Part shown: positions 52,450 to 64,000 of the stretch, piece after piece
Layout: each line of letters starts with the position of its first letter
How positions within the stretch are numbered: the first letter of the stretch is position 1
From: Octopus sinensis
Taxonomy: Eukaryota
Length of the DNA: 64,000 nucleotides
Assembly: GCF_006345805.1 (NCBI RefSeq)
Contig: NC_043003.1
Location: forward strand, 558,001 to 622,000
Direction: 5' to 3'
Made by a program: the position numbers and the translations under genes
Notes under the pieces: generated by a model
Databases searched by the model: none
What the model was told of the DNA's origin: nothing
What the model saw: the letters and a program-made list of their open reading frames with translations, nothing else

Positions 52450-54978
52450 GTACTGTGATCTCAAAACTGAATACCAAATTCTATTGGTTCTGATCGACAT
52501 GTATGATTCCATAAATGTATAAATAAAATTAATTTTTATGAAGGTAATTCTAAATCGAATGAGTTACAACAAACTATTGACGAACCTCAAATTTCTTAAT
52601 GCAAATAGTTTTATTATTGATATTTCGCACCATCATAATCTTCATCATTATCATCATTATTATTGTTGTTGTGGGAGGCACTTGAATATGCAGGAAACTT
52701 CTCAGTAAGACTGAGTTTGTAATCCAAATTCTATACACAATGTCAACTACTTTAGCTCCATTACTAATAATCTTAGAAATTTAATAATTATCAGAATTTC
52801 CTATTCTACTCAACCATAATATATCTCAAAATATTGAAAGATAACAGTTTAAGTTTATTTAAGAAACTATCACCAACATCGTTATTGTTATTGTTATTAT
52901 TATTATGGTGGTGGTGAGCTGGAAGAATTGTTAGTGTGTTGGGACAGAATGCTTAGTGGCATTTCTACACAAAGTTGAATTTGACTTCCATTATTTCAGG
53001 GTCAATAAGTACAAGTTGAGCACTGAGGTCAATGTGAATAAGTACAAAGTGAGGTCAATGACTTGCCTCCTTCTACTAAAATTACTTGCTTTGTGCCAAA
53101 ATTTGAAACCACTGTCATTATCATTATTATTATTAGTAGTAGTAGTAGTTGTAGTAGTAATAAGTAGTATTAGTATTATAAACAGAGCAACTATGGAAGC
53201 ATTGGAAAACAAGAAGAACTGATGTTTAAAGGCAGAAAAGCCAGCCAAATAAGACATTTGCATTGAGATAATCGTTCCAGTCCCTCATTATAAAACCCCT
53301 TTGTTGTCCTTATAAGCAAAGCTTTACTCACCTCTGATTGCTTAAGCTTCTCATACCTGTTCAATTATTCGAGATCTCATCACCCTTACCATCCTCATCG
53401 TTTTTGTAACTGAACAAGGTGATGTCTAAGATGTTCTTGGTCAACTGGATCCATGACTAATTTTTGTTTTGTGGTTTCAATTACTTAACCTCACTTGCAT
53501 AACATACCCTGCAAAGAGTTATGGATACAACAAATTACCAATTCTCTCAAAATTCTCCTACAAGAAGTCATTCGATTTGTTGTTCTTGTGTTGATGGTGG
53601 TAGAAATTTCCAACATGGTTTCAATATCGAATGAAAACCATTTTTAGATAGTAAAAACTTGTATCAAACCCATCATCGTATGATGATTATAACAACAACA
53701 ATGATAATAATAATAATAATAATAATTTCAAATTCTGGTGCAAGTCCAGCAGTTTTAGGGGAGGGAGCAAGTTGATTATATCCACCCTGAGAGGGTGAAA
53801 GGCAATGTTGACTGCGGTGGAATTTGAACTCAGAATGTAAAGATCCAAAGTAAATGCTGCTGAATGTTTTGTCCAACATGCTAACAATTCTGCCACCTCA
53901 TTGCCTTAATAATAGTAATAATAATAATAATAATAATATTTGAGGAGGCTATTTGATGTTATGTATTGAACCAATTTCTGTGCATTAGTGGCATTTATTT
54001 TATTGACTCCTCCAAAGAATTCCTAATTATGCTCAACTAAAGGTGGTGCTCCAGCATAGCCACAGTCACATGACTGAAACATGCAAAAGAGTAATATTGG
54101 TGCATATTTTGTCACCTTTGGTAAGCGAAAAGCAAAGTTGACTGCACCTAGGACTGAACTCCGAAACAGGATTGCACCAAAACTGGGGTGGGTCGGGTGG
54201 AAGGGTAATTATAATTGGCTCCCTTTTTTGAATTGTAACAACTTCACCACTTTTGTTTACCCTCTTGCTACATTTAATTATTCTGATGACAATGATGATG
54301 ATGATGGCGGTACCATTATTATTGTAAAAACTTAAAACAAACCTCTGGCATTTAACAAAAATTTTTTTTTTATTCTTGTATGTGGTCCCATTTTGACCCC
54401 TCTGGTGCTCCTTCACCAATATTCTTATATTTTATGTGGCCATGGTATGCAGAATGTGTCAAAAAATCATATCAACAGATTCCTTATTTTCTGCATGCTG
54501 CATGTCACAAAGAGCAACTTTACCTCTTGTTTACTTTTATTGATCTTTTTTAAATTTTTAATCAAACATTTCATAAATTCATTGATTCTTAATATTTTTT
54601 ATAACAATAATGATAATAACAATTATTATTATTATTACTATTGTTGTTGTTGTTAATAATATTTGATATATATATTGATGTATTTTTGTATATATTTTCC
54701 AGCATTAATTCTCATAAAAAAAAACCATAACACCCTTCCAACTGGGCAAGTTCCTAGTTAGTAATATAGATTTGATATTGTTTTCAGTATTGTATCATTG
54801 AATATTTTTGTATTATGCAATGTAATCTCACATATATAACATAAATATTAAATATATAATATAAGCGTGTTTATATATGCATATATGTATATATACACAC
54901 ATGCATAAATATAAATATATATATGCATATTTATACACATTGTTTATATTATATATATATTTGTATTATATTTATGTG

Positions 54979-55026
<48 letters not shown>

Positions 55027-55717
55027 GTTTAATTGCACATTTTTGTTTTCAATATTTAATGTTTAGCTTGTGGTATTGGTTTTTCCATTAAAATCATTTT
55101 CTGCTCAGATTAAACAAGTCTCACCACTCCTCTTCTATGCCATTAAATCTAATACAAACCATTAGCTTTATTGTTTGTGATGGTGGTACACTTAGATATT
55201 GCTATTTGTTACTTATTATAATATTTGTTTAATTTACTGTAAACAATGAAAATCAGTGGCTAATGAGTTTTCAAAGTGCTATTAATTAGAAGCCTTCTTC
55301 ATAACCATTGCAGCCTTGCCACTCTCTGTTAGTAAGAGACCTCTTCTCTAATGATGAATTCCAATGACTGTAAGTTAGAGAGATAAGCTCTTGTCCACTT
55401 CTCTTTGCAAGCTCTTGGAGAGATCATTGAATACATAATTTGATTGTGTTTGCGTGAGAAAGACTTTTATTTGTTTCTAACACACACACATTTGATAGGC
55501 TTCTTTCAGTTTCCATCTACCAAATCCACTCACAAGGCTTTGGTTGGCTCAAGGCTGCTGTTGAAGATACTTGCCCAAGGTACCACACAGTAGGATTGAA
55601 CAGGGAACCATGTTGTTGAGAAACAAACTTCTTACCACAGCCACATCTACACCTATATAGCCAATGTCCAAGCCTTTAATTTACCCATTATTAAAGGTTC
55701 TTATTAAACTAATGTAT

Positions 55718-55950
55718 TTAAACCTTCAACATTCAGATCACTCCTCTGCCAAATGTAAGGCTTATTTATTCCCATTGTTTTGACAGAAATAATGCATTAT
55801 CTCATAGTTTTGCGATTTCAATGATGTGAATGTTTATTTCTAGAATGACATTGTAGGGTAGGTGTGAGAGGCTGGATCTGGCCAGTTTGAACATAAAACA
55901 GGTAGAATATTTTGGGCTGGATATGGCTGGTTTAAATGCTGAAGGGTTAA
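55718..55950 (+). mobile_element. Copy of the second piggyBac-type MITE family
   Basis: Same core as 27453-27680; ends tttaaatgctgaagggTTAA. Confidence 0.75.
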
Positions 55951-56939
55951 AAACCTTTCAAAGAAATAATTGGGATATTTTAAAACATTGGTTTCTAATG
56001 TAAGGCTAGTTCATGTGAATGCCACATGGAAGGCCCACTACGAGGGTCAATTATGGAGCATTGTGAGTGACTGCATATTGAGAGAGTTTCAGGAGATTAA
56101 GGGGTGGGGGTCGTTTGAACGAGCGTATCTGTGTAGTCAGCAGTAACAACAAGGTCTTTATTGTATAGAAGAAGAAAGGGTGTTGGAGGTTTTAGCAAAT
56201 GGTGAGGTTCACAAAGCTTGATTAGATATTGGAGACATAACTGCTGATGCCAAAACAGGTCGCTGCAGTGAGGGAGATAATCCGGAGGGTGTCATTGGTC
56301 ACCTGTTTAGTTACCTTTGATGTGTAAAAGATGAAGCATCCTTTTTCTGTGAAGGCTAATCAACATAAAACTAGCAAAAATGTGACCAGTTGAATTAAGT
56401 ACCAGGATGGGTGTTAGCTGCGTTACCTTGCATAGGTAGTAATCAGATTGTCCAATAAGAGGTGAGACTGTGACACAGGGAAAATATTAAGCTTAACAAA
56501 GAAAGAGTTAATATTTCAATTCCCCTATTAATAATGTATATCTTATATTTTTTATAGCTCTAAATGTGTGGCCATTGTTTTGAAATTTTAGTTATTTCTT
56601 ATAATTTAAAGACTTCATGTTATAAAAATGAATTGCAGTAAATGTTAGGCTGAAACTTGGTTTTGTATCTAAGATGGAACCAATTCCTTCGCATCATTGA
56701 TCCTTTTTCCCTAGGGAAGTCATTAATGAACATCACAATCTCCTCTGCAAATTTCAGGTTTCATGTTATCATTTCAGATTTCTATTATTATCAGAAATCG
56801 TGTTATTAATGTTTACTTGGTTTTTTTTCTTCTCCAAATATTGCTGTTCTTTGTTTGATCAATGTTTGACCTTTGTTACAAACTCATGATTTTCTTTCTG
56901 TCATCATATGAAGATCGTTGTTGCTATGTCTGTTTGTAG

Positions 56940-57060
56940 AAACTTATTATGCAAAAGGCCGCTGAAGACTTGAAAAATGAAGCTAAACGGAAAGCTGAAG
57001 AAAAAGAACGCTTCATTTGCGAGAGGGTTGAGCCATTGATTACCGAGGGTCTAAATGAAG
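56940..57060 (+). CDS. TnI: Troponin I exon, KLIMQKAAEDLKNEAKRKAEEKERFICERVEPLITEGLNE + 1 nt (TnC-anchoring helix region)
   Basis: tctgtttgtag|AAA ... GAAG|gtaggc, 121 nt, phase 0-1. KLIMQKAAEDLKNEAK matches molluscan TnI as I recall it. Confidence 0.96.
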
Positions 57061-57067
57061 GTAGGCG

Positions 57068-57093
57068 TTGCCTGCTGTGTGCTGTGCATGCCG
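57068..57093 (+). promoter_or_regulatory. YGCY cluster plus UGCAUG just downstream of exon 56940-57060
   Basis: ttgcctgctgtgtgctgtgcatgccg: four YGCY and TGCATG at 57085-57090, within about 33 nt of the donor. Confidence 0.55.
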
Positions 57094-58459
57094 ATATGTG
57101 CATACCTCTTCCCTGCAGGATGGTGCCATACCATGTGTGTGTTTTTACTTAGAAAAACTTTCAGCAAACTGGATTGAAATGTTTATTTTTCTCCTCTTTC
57201 TATAATCCTTATCTTGCTATAATTCCCTCCCTTCATTTCCATCTCCAGTCTTTGTATTTATTTTAAACAAATCCCATGTCTTTATATTTAATCTATTTTT
57301 TCTCTTCCCATGGTCTCCTGGAATGCAGTCCTTGTTCAAAGACTCTTATAAAATCTCTTTTCCCTTTACAAAAATTTAATCTTTTTCCTTCCTTGATCCA
57401 GGTCAAAACTTTCTTTACATTGTGTGTCATTAAACAAAAGAAAAAAAATACAACTTAAAAAATGGAAAGATGGAGCTAATATGGCTAATATGGCTAAGAA
57501 TGAGCCCAGTCTTAGCCCTGTCAGTATTTGCTTTGCCTTGACTTGATTTTATTTAACTTGCCCCTTTCTTTAATGTCAACAATGAGCCCAAATCATTGAT
57601 GCATGTCCTGGTGAAAATCTCTCCCTCCTTCCCATTCCATATATATTTGTCTTTTTCTCTTTCTATCCATTTGCCTCTCTCTCCCCCACTCGTTTTCCTC
57701 TAAAAGTTTCACATTCCTAATTTTATTCTCTTATTCCACTTCCCCAACATTTTCTCCACTCCTGAATGTCTTTTGTTTTTCAGATGTAACTGCATGTATA
57801 GATGACAACTTTTGTTATTCTATCCCATCTTGGGTCAGAGATAAATAAAAAAAAAAAGACTTTCTAAAGCATCTCCATGGCTATCTCTAAAAAATGCTCT
57901 TTCTAATATGCTGTTCTTGAAATCCATTCATCATCAACAAAATGTCTAGTATTGTCTTTATGCTGGGTTTCACCTCAGGGCAGGTCCAGCTCTTTCAAAT
58001 TATTCCGGTCATTGTTTTGCGGGAGTGTCTTCCTTGACCACACTTCCATTTTCTTAATGACATCCAAGTCAACAGAACGTCCATCCTATCATTTGAGAGT
58101 CTGGCATAGCGAATACTTTGTCCGCTACAATTTATCCAACTGCAGAGCACAGTTTGTATATCTTTCTGTGCAAGTTTACTTCTGTAATCATATAATTACC
58201 ATAAAATAGATCAAGGAATTTATTGAAGACATGGAGAGAGTCTTCAACGAAGTGTCAGCCTCCATTCATCTGACTTTGGTAAACTGACTTTACAATATTG
58301 TCTTTACTCTGTCTTTGATTCATAACAAATTCTAGTCAGAACATGGAAGACGTGATTTGAAAGAGTCTGTAATGTCTAATTATACCTGCTTACTAAATTC
58401 ACCAACACATGTGTATAAACATTCTCATTCATACACACATACATATGTGTGTATGTGTA

Positions 58460-58512
<53 letters not shown>

Positions 58513-58735
58513 GTGTGAGTATATATATATATATATATATATATATGCCTCAAAGCTGCACACCTGATCATATGTATGTAATAGTATGATAAGGAAAACT
58601 CAGCAACTGACAGTTGTTACTATTGCACAGAAATAATTGTTGTGATTTGTGATTAAAGCCTGTTCACTCCATCTTCTTGCTTCTATCAATATATATATAT
58701 ATATTTATAATAAGTGTAGATCGTATCCGAGTGGG

Positions 58736-59170
58736 TATATATTTATAAAAAGAAGTTTGAAAATGCCACTATATAAGATGAATTTCAATTTTCTTAGAAA
58801 TTTTACATGTTTCGGTTCTTCTTGAAAAAATGAACATTATCAAAAATATTTTAAAAAGTTAAGTGTAATAAAAAAGTTCATAATTGTTTCTTACTGGTCT
58901 CAACAGAATCCACGTGGTGGTGTTTTGTGGGGAGTAAGCATAATAGGTCACTGCTGCTACTACCATTTCAGCCACTGACCATTCGGACACATAAGACAGC
59001 TAAAAACAACCATGTGGATTGTGTTGAGACCAGTAAGAAACAATTATGAACTTTTTTATTGCACTTAACTTTTTAAAATATTTTTGATAAGGTTCGTTTT
59101 TCAAACATGTAAAATTTCTAAGAAAATTAAAATTTATCTTATAAAGTGGCGTTTTTTATAAATATATATA
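58736..59170. mobile_element. Foldback element with ~170-190-bp inverted arms
   Basis: 58736-58926 is the near reverse complement of 59002-59170; TA-repeat flanks. Confidence 0.8.
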
Positions 59171-59641
59171 TATATATATATCATGCATTTGGAAAGAGCT
59201 TAAGCATAATTTGAGCATAAGTACACATAAATTAACCATACATGAATATTTGAGAATTATATCCTTCACAGGTAAATGGATTTTTTTTTTGAAAATCCTT
59301 TTAGTTTATTTATTTATTTACATTATTCTTATTTACTTTCTTTGTTATTAACTTGTATTTCATAAGATTTATTTAATATCTATCATAAAATTTTAATTAA
59401 AGTTCCTTTTTTTTTTATTAATATCAAAGTTTTACCTGTTTTAATCCCAATCAATGAAAGGATTATCATTTTCTGAACATTAAAAAAACAACATTAACTT
59501 TGATTTTTTTCAAATTTAATTATTTGATCTGTTTGATTAAATAATGTTATTTTATCTATTTGGTATTTTTTTTTAAACTCTACTATTATAAAACATTTTT
59601 CTTTCAGCTTTATGCACCACAATCCTAAATGTATTATATAC

Positions 59642-59696
<55 letters not shown>

Positions 59697-60399
59697 TATA
59701 TACATATATTTGTTTTTATGTCAAGTTATAACAAAAGCAATTATACATTTCAAACTGAAATAATTACTCAATTATTTATAATACATTTGCTAAAAGTGTG
59801 ATGACAGGGACTTCAAAGTGTCAGTGTGCTTGCTTTCTTTGGATAGTCTGAAGTAGGGTAGCAGGGTGAAACTTTGCAATTAATGTCATCACTCTTCTTG
59901 CGAAAATATAATTTGTATATTTATATATTGAGAGTCAGAAATTTAGTTTCATAGCAGCCAATTTGTGTTACTGTATGGTTTTCTGTTAAAAAAAAAAAAC
60001 TGTTTTAGAGTAGAAGGGTTATTTAACAGTCATCAGACTTGGCTGATTTGAAATGTATAGCTTGGGCCGTTTTGTGCTGGAGATCTGAAAACAATACATC
60101 TAGTTGATATGTTTGATAGATGTTGCAAAAAAATTTTAAAATCCAGGAATAAAGATAATGCAGTGAAATAAAAATCTGCTGGCCGTTTGCCATATCAGAG
60201 TTCTATCCTTTGCATTGGTTCTTTTAGCCATTGTCCTGCGTTTCAGCAAATAAATGGTGACAGCTTACCTTAATTTTTGGAGCAGGTGAATGAAGTAAGA
60301 TGAGGAAGAAGAGAAATAAATCTTGAGAATGAAATGGAGGTTTTATTAAAAAAACAAAACATGTATAGGTGTTGGGAAAATGTAACTTGTTAAGATGAA

Positions 60400-60890
60400 A
60401 GTAGCTCATGTGAAGCGAGGATGGAAATGAACAATTGGTCAAAGTATATTTCTGATCATGAGGATAAGGGGAGAAAATTTCACTCTTAGCATTCAGCAAA
60501 GCTCTTGGGTGAAGAGAATTTTTCATGATATCTTTTTCTCTACTGAACAAAGTCTGCACCTCCTCTTGCAGTTGAGGTAAGGTCTGTGTTTTCTATGAAT
60601 CTCTCGTTGATATATTGCACAGAATTATCTTCCAATAGCTATAGATATATCTTGCATGTGTGGCATTGTGTCTCCTGGATTTTAAAAAAGGACCGATTCT
60701 TCAATCGTTTTGAAAATACATTCTTTAGCACCAACTTGTCTCCGTACTTGTGCCACCCTGCTCTATCTGTCAATACCACTGCCACCTTATGCACAGAGGT
60801 TTCTCTGTTACATTGACCATTTAGTGGGTATATGGTATTCTTTCTGCATGAAGCAAAAAAAGGGCCCAGGCCAAACTTTTCAGCCATGTC
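60400..60890 (-). mobile_element. Penelope-like retroelement relic, GIY-YIG endonuclease C-terminal region, frameshifted
   Basis: Minus-strand translation CRKNTIYPLNGQC..SVHKVAV..KYG..NVFSKRLKNRSFF ... RPYLNCKRRCRLCSVEK/DIMK..LLNAKSEIFSPYPH resembles the PLE pattern C..CPL.G.C, YIG, C-x2-C, LLN.RSE. Confidence 0.7.
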
Positions 60891-62004
60891 TGATGACTAA
60901 TTGCTTGTAACTATCTCCAGACAAACCATTGAGTATTCACCGATGGTTCTACACTTTGCAAATGTGTGTAAAACTCAAGTTATTGCTGTGCATACATGCA
61001 CCCTTCAAAACGATTTAATCACACTGAGTAAAATGCTTACAGAATAATTAATTATAAAAACAAAAGAAAAGTTGTTAAGAAACCATTTTAAGAAATGTCC
61101 AGTGTTTGGAGGGTAGATTGCTACATCATTCTAAAAAGATTCAAAGAATATCTTAAACATTTAGCATTCAAATTACTCTGCCTAATGACTATTTATTCAC
61201 ATTGTTTTGAATTAATTATTCATTATCTCATAGCTTTGAGATTTCGACATTTTAAGTTAGGTATGAGAGGCTGGACCTGGATGGTTTGAGCATAAAATAA
61301 ATAGAATATTTGGGCCAGAGATGGCCAGTTTAAATGGCAAGGTCTTCAAGTGGTGCCAAATAATGAAATTCGCAGTAATGAATAAAGCTAAAATGAAAAC
61401 AGATTTCTATAGTTGTAATGTAAGTGAATCATAACACAGACTAAAGCTGTGTGTGTTTAAGGAAATGTTTCTTCTCTTATTGAAACAAGTTATTGAAACT
61501 GAGCAGAAAATAACAATGTTTGTATTTGACTATCTTCCAAGATGAAATATTGTTTGCTATAAATTAATGGATGTAATTTTTGAGGTTATTAACCTTATAT
61601 TTATATCTACATTAAAACAGGGGATTGGCAGTGATGGTAGAACATCAAACAAAATGTCTTTAAGTATTTAGTTATGATTGTTTATGTTCTAAGTTCAAAT
61701 CTCAACTGGGTCTTCTCTTTGCATTTTATCATGCTGGGTTTGATAGAATACAGTAGCAGTCGCGTGCTAATGCTGATAGACTGTTCTTCAGATTCGAGGC
61801 CTTTCATCTGTGTTAGAAACCAATATTTTAATCTACCGTATATTTTGATTAATTTCATCTCAGCATTATCAGGTGTCTTATTCTTTGATATATAGACAGT
61901 TCTAGAGCTGATTTGAACTAGGAGCCTTCATTTTGAAACTAAGAACAGTGACACTCTTGTCTTCAATGCCATTCATGCATGTAGATTTGGAATCTCATTT
62001 TAAA

Positions 62005-62815
62005 ATTCCATCATCATCATTTAACGTCCCTTTTCCATGCTTGCATGGGTCAGACAGAATTTGTTGAGGCAGATTTTCTACAGCTGGATGCCCTTCCTGT
62101 CACCAACCCTCAGCAGTTTCAAATCAAGGTAGTATTTCCCCACAGCCAGACATGTTTGCATGGAAGACTGGAAACGAACAACATCATTTGTATGACAATG
62201 ATGACATCATGTGATGTCAAGACAGAAGTACATACACACATGAACACACATGCATATATGTCTGTGTGTGTGTATATATATATATATACATTGGGCCTCA
62301 CAGAGGCAATGACAAAAGTCTGAGACCTCTGGAGGTATGCAGTAACTGAGAAGACCTGGCAAATAAAGTGAGTTCACAGCTGTAACCTACACCAGCGTCA
62401 CATAACCAGCCCCAGCACATTCAAAAGTACCTTGGATTGTAGGGTGACATGCCATGCTTAAGGAGACCTATTGAGTCAAGTACATCAAAATCAAATCAAA
62501 ATCAAATCAAATGGAAATTGTAGTTGTGACCCCCATACCAGTAGCACATAAAAAGCACCATCTGAATGTGGCCAATGCCAGTGCCACCTTGACTGGCTTC
62601 CGTGCCAGTGGCATGTAAAAAGCACCATCCAATCATGGTCAGTGCCAGCTCTTCTGGCACCCTTGGAGTGATTGGCATTAGGAAGGGCATCCAGCTGTAG
62701 AAACACTGCCAGATCAGGTTGGGGCCTGGTGCAGCCTCCTGGCTTCCCAGACCCTAGTCGAACCATCCAACCCATGCCAGCATGGAAAATGGACGTTAAA
62801 AGATGATGATGATGT
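62005..62815. mobile_element. Composite of repeat family C copies (ATC-repeat end, tttccatgct.gcatggg, gcattaggaagggcatccagctgta); related pieces ~2900-3075, 7625-7670, 21610-21750, 32330-32620, 44840-44920
   Basis: The same diagnostic motifs recur in both orientations. Confidence 0.65.
62292..62512 (+). mobile_element. RTE-like LINE 3' end with (ATCAA)n tail
   Basis: LGLTEAMTKV*DLWRYAVTEKT followed by a UTR and an atcaaaatcaaatcaaaatcaaatcaaat tail. Confidence 0.55.
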
Positions 62816-63855
62816 ATGACAAACTTTCAGTTTCCATCAACCCAATCCACTCACAAAGCTTTTGTTGATTTGGGTGTATTATAGAAGACACTTGCCCAAG
62901 GGGCCACACAATAAGACTGAACCCAACACCACGTGGTTGGGAAGCAAGCTTCTCACCACACACCCATGCACACCTTGCCTATTTAGAAGTAATATTTCTT
63001 GGTACAAATCCTACCTGATACTATATTTAATCAGGATTAAGACACTTGAAGATTTGGAGATGAAACCAGTTGAAATGTAATGTAGATGTGAATACTAAAA
63101 ACACGTTTTACCTTACAGATGATATTACTAGGCCTAAAAATTATTATTATATAACTTTTGCATTTTAATATTGTTACCTAAGATAGGGCAGTGAGCTGGC
63201 AGAATCGTTAGCATGCTGGACAAAATGCTTAGCAGTGTTTCGTTCATCTTTATGTTCTGAGTTCAAATCCCACTGAGGTTGACTTTACCTTTTATCCTTT
63301 TGGAGGTTGATAAAATAAATACCAGTCAAGCACTGGCATTGATGTAACCAACTTACCCCAGAAATTTCTGGCTTTGTACCAAACATTTGAAACCAAAATT
63401 ATTATCTAAGTCAAAAAATCTTTGAGATAAAATGCTTAAACACTATTCTTCTGGCTCTTTAGGCTCTGAGCTTAAATTCCATCAAGGGTGACTTTACTGT
63501 TCATCTTTGTGGGGTCAATTAAATAAGTACCAGTTGAGCACTGGGGCCAAGGTAATTGATTAACCCACCCCACTAAATTTCTTGTATTTGTTCCAAAATT
63601 TAAAGAATATTATTAACTAAGAAATAAAATGCCAGAGATTTGTTAAATTCCAACTCTGAAAGTGTTATTTTCAAAAAAATATGAATCCATGTTCTAGGTT
63701 TTTTTTTTTGAAAAAATTTCATTATATTTAACATTGCTGAAGCAGGATCAGCCAAAAAGAGATTAGAAAAAACGGTAAGGTAAACCAGACCTGACTAAGT
63801 TTTCACCAGTCACCGATTCCGCTCTTGTTACCAATTTTGCTACATCTTTTTACAG

Positions 63856-63956
63856 CACAGTTGCAAGATCTGGTAAAGAAACTCCATGCGAAAACAGCAG
63901 AGCTTGAAGAAGAAGTCTATGACTGTGAATTTAAAATCAGAAGACAAGAATTTGAG
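63856..63956 (+). CDS. TnI: Troponin I exon, (A)QLQDLVKKLHAKTAELEEEVYDCEFKIRRQEFE (TnT-binding coiled coil); gene continues beyond the window
   Basis: ctttttacag|CA CAG ... GAG|gtactc, 101 nt, phase 1-0. LEEEVYD.E.KIR.Q.FE is the troponin-family heptad region. Confidence 0.96.
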
Positions 63957-64000
63957 GTACTCTCTCTTTCTTTCTCTCTCTCTCTCTCTGTGCCTCTCTA

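Overview
AT-rich, microsatellite- and SINE-dense animal DNA. The repeat families and the protein sequence point to a coleoid cephalopod, probably Octopus (inference). The window is almost entirely the 5' part of one + strand troponin I gene, whose small exons mostly fall below the ORF track's length cut-off. A TATA/Inr promoter lies near 4.3 kb. Five core coding exons (4392-4397, 22979-23026, 40637-40732, 56940-57060, 63856-63956) splice in frame to MS-EEEEREEAERKKRQEE-AARRRHEEEEKKKKGKRKGLGGLSPEKKKLLK-KLIMQKAAEDLKNEAKRKAEEKERFICERVEPLITEGLNE-AQLQDLVKKLHAKTAELEEEVYDCEFKIRRQEFE, and the gene continues past the window end. Main extra structure: (1) five symmetric phase 0-0 cassette exons in intron 1 that could insert about 580 disordered residues after Met-Ser; (2) a diverged paralogous exon (52293-52449) that the reading frame forces to be mutually exclusive with the TnC-anchoring exon 56940-57060; (3) RBFOX (UGCAUG) and MBNL (YGCY) motifs placed as expected for a muscle splicing switch; (4) Penelope-like element relics carrying hammerhead-ribozyme motifs. 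The introns also hold SINEs, piggyBac- and Tc1-type MITEs, foldback elements and LINE relics (RTE, HERO, R4/Dong, L2/CR1). All splice and repeat calls were made by eye; no database search was run.
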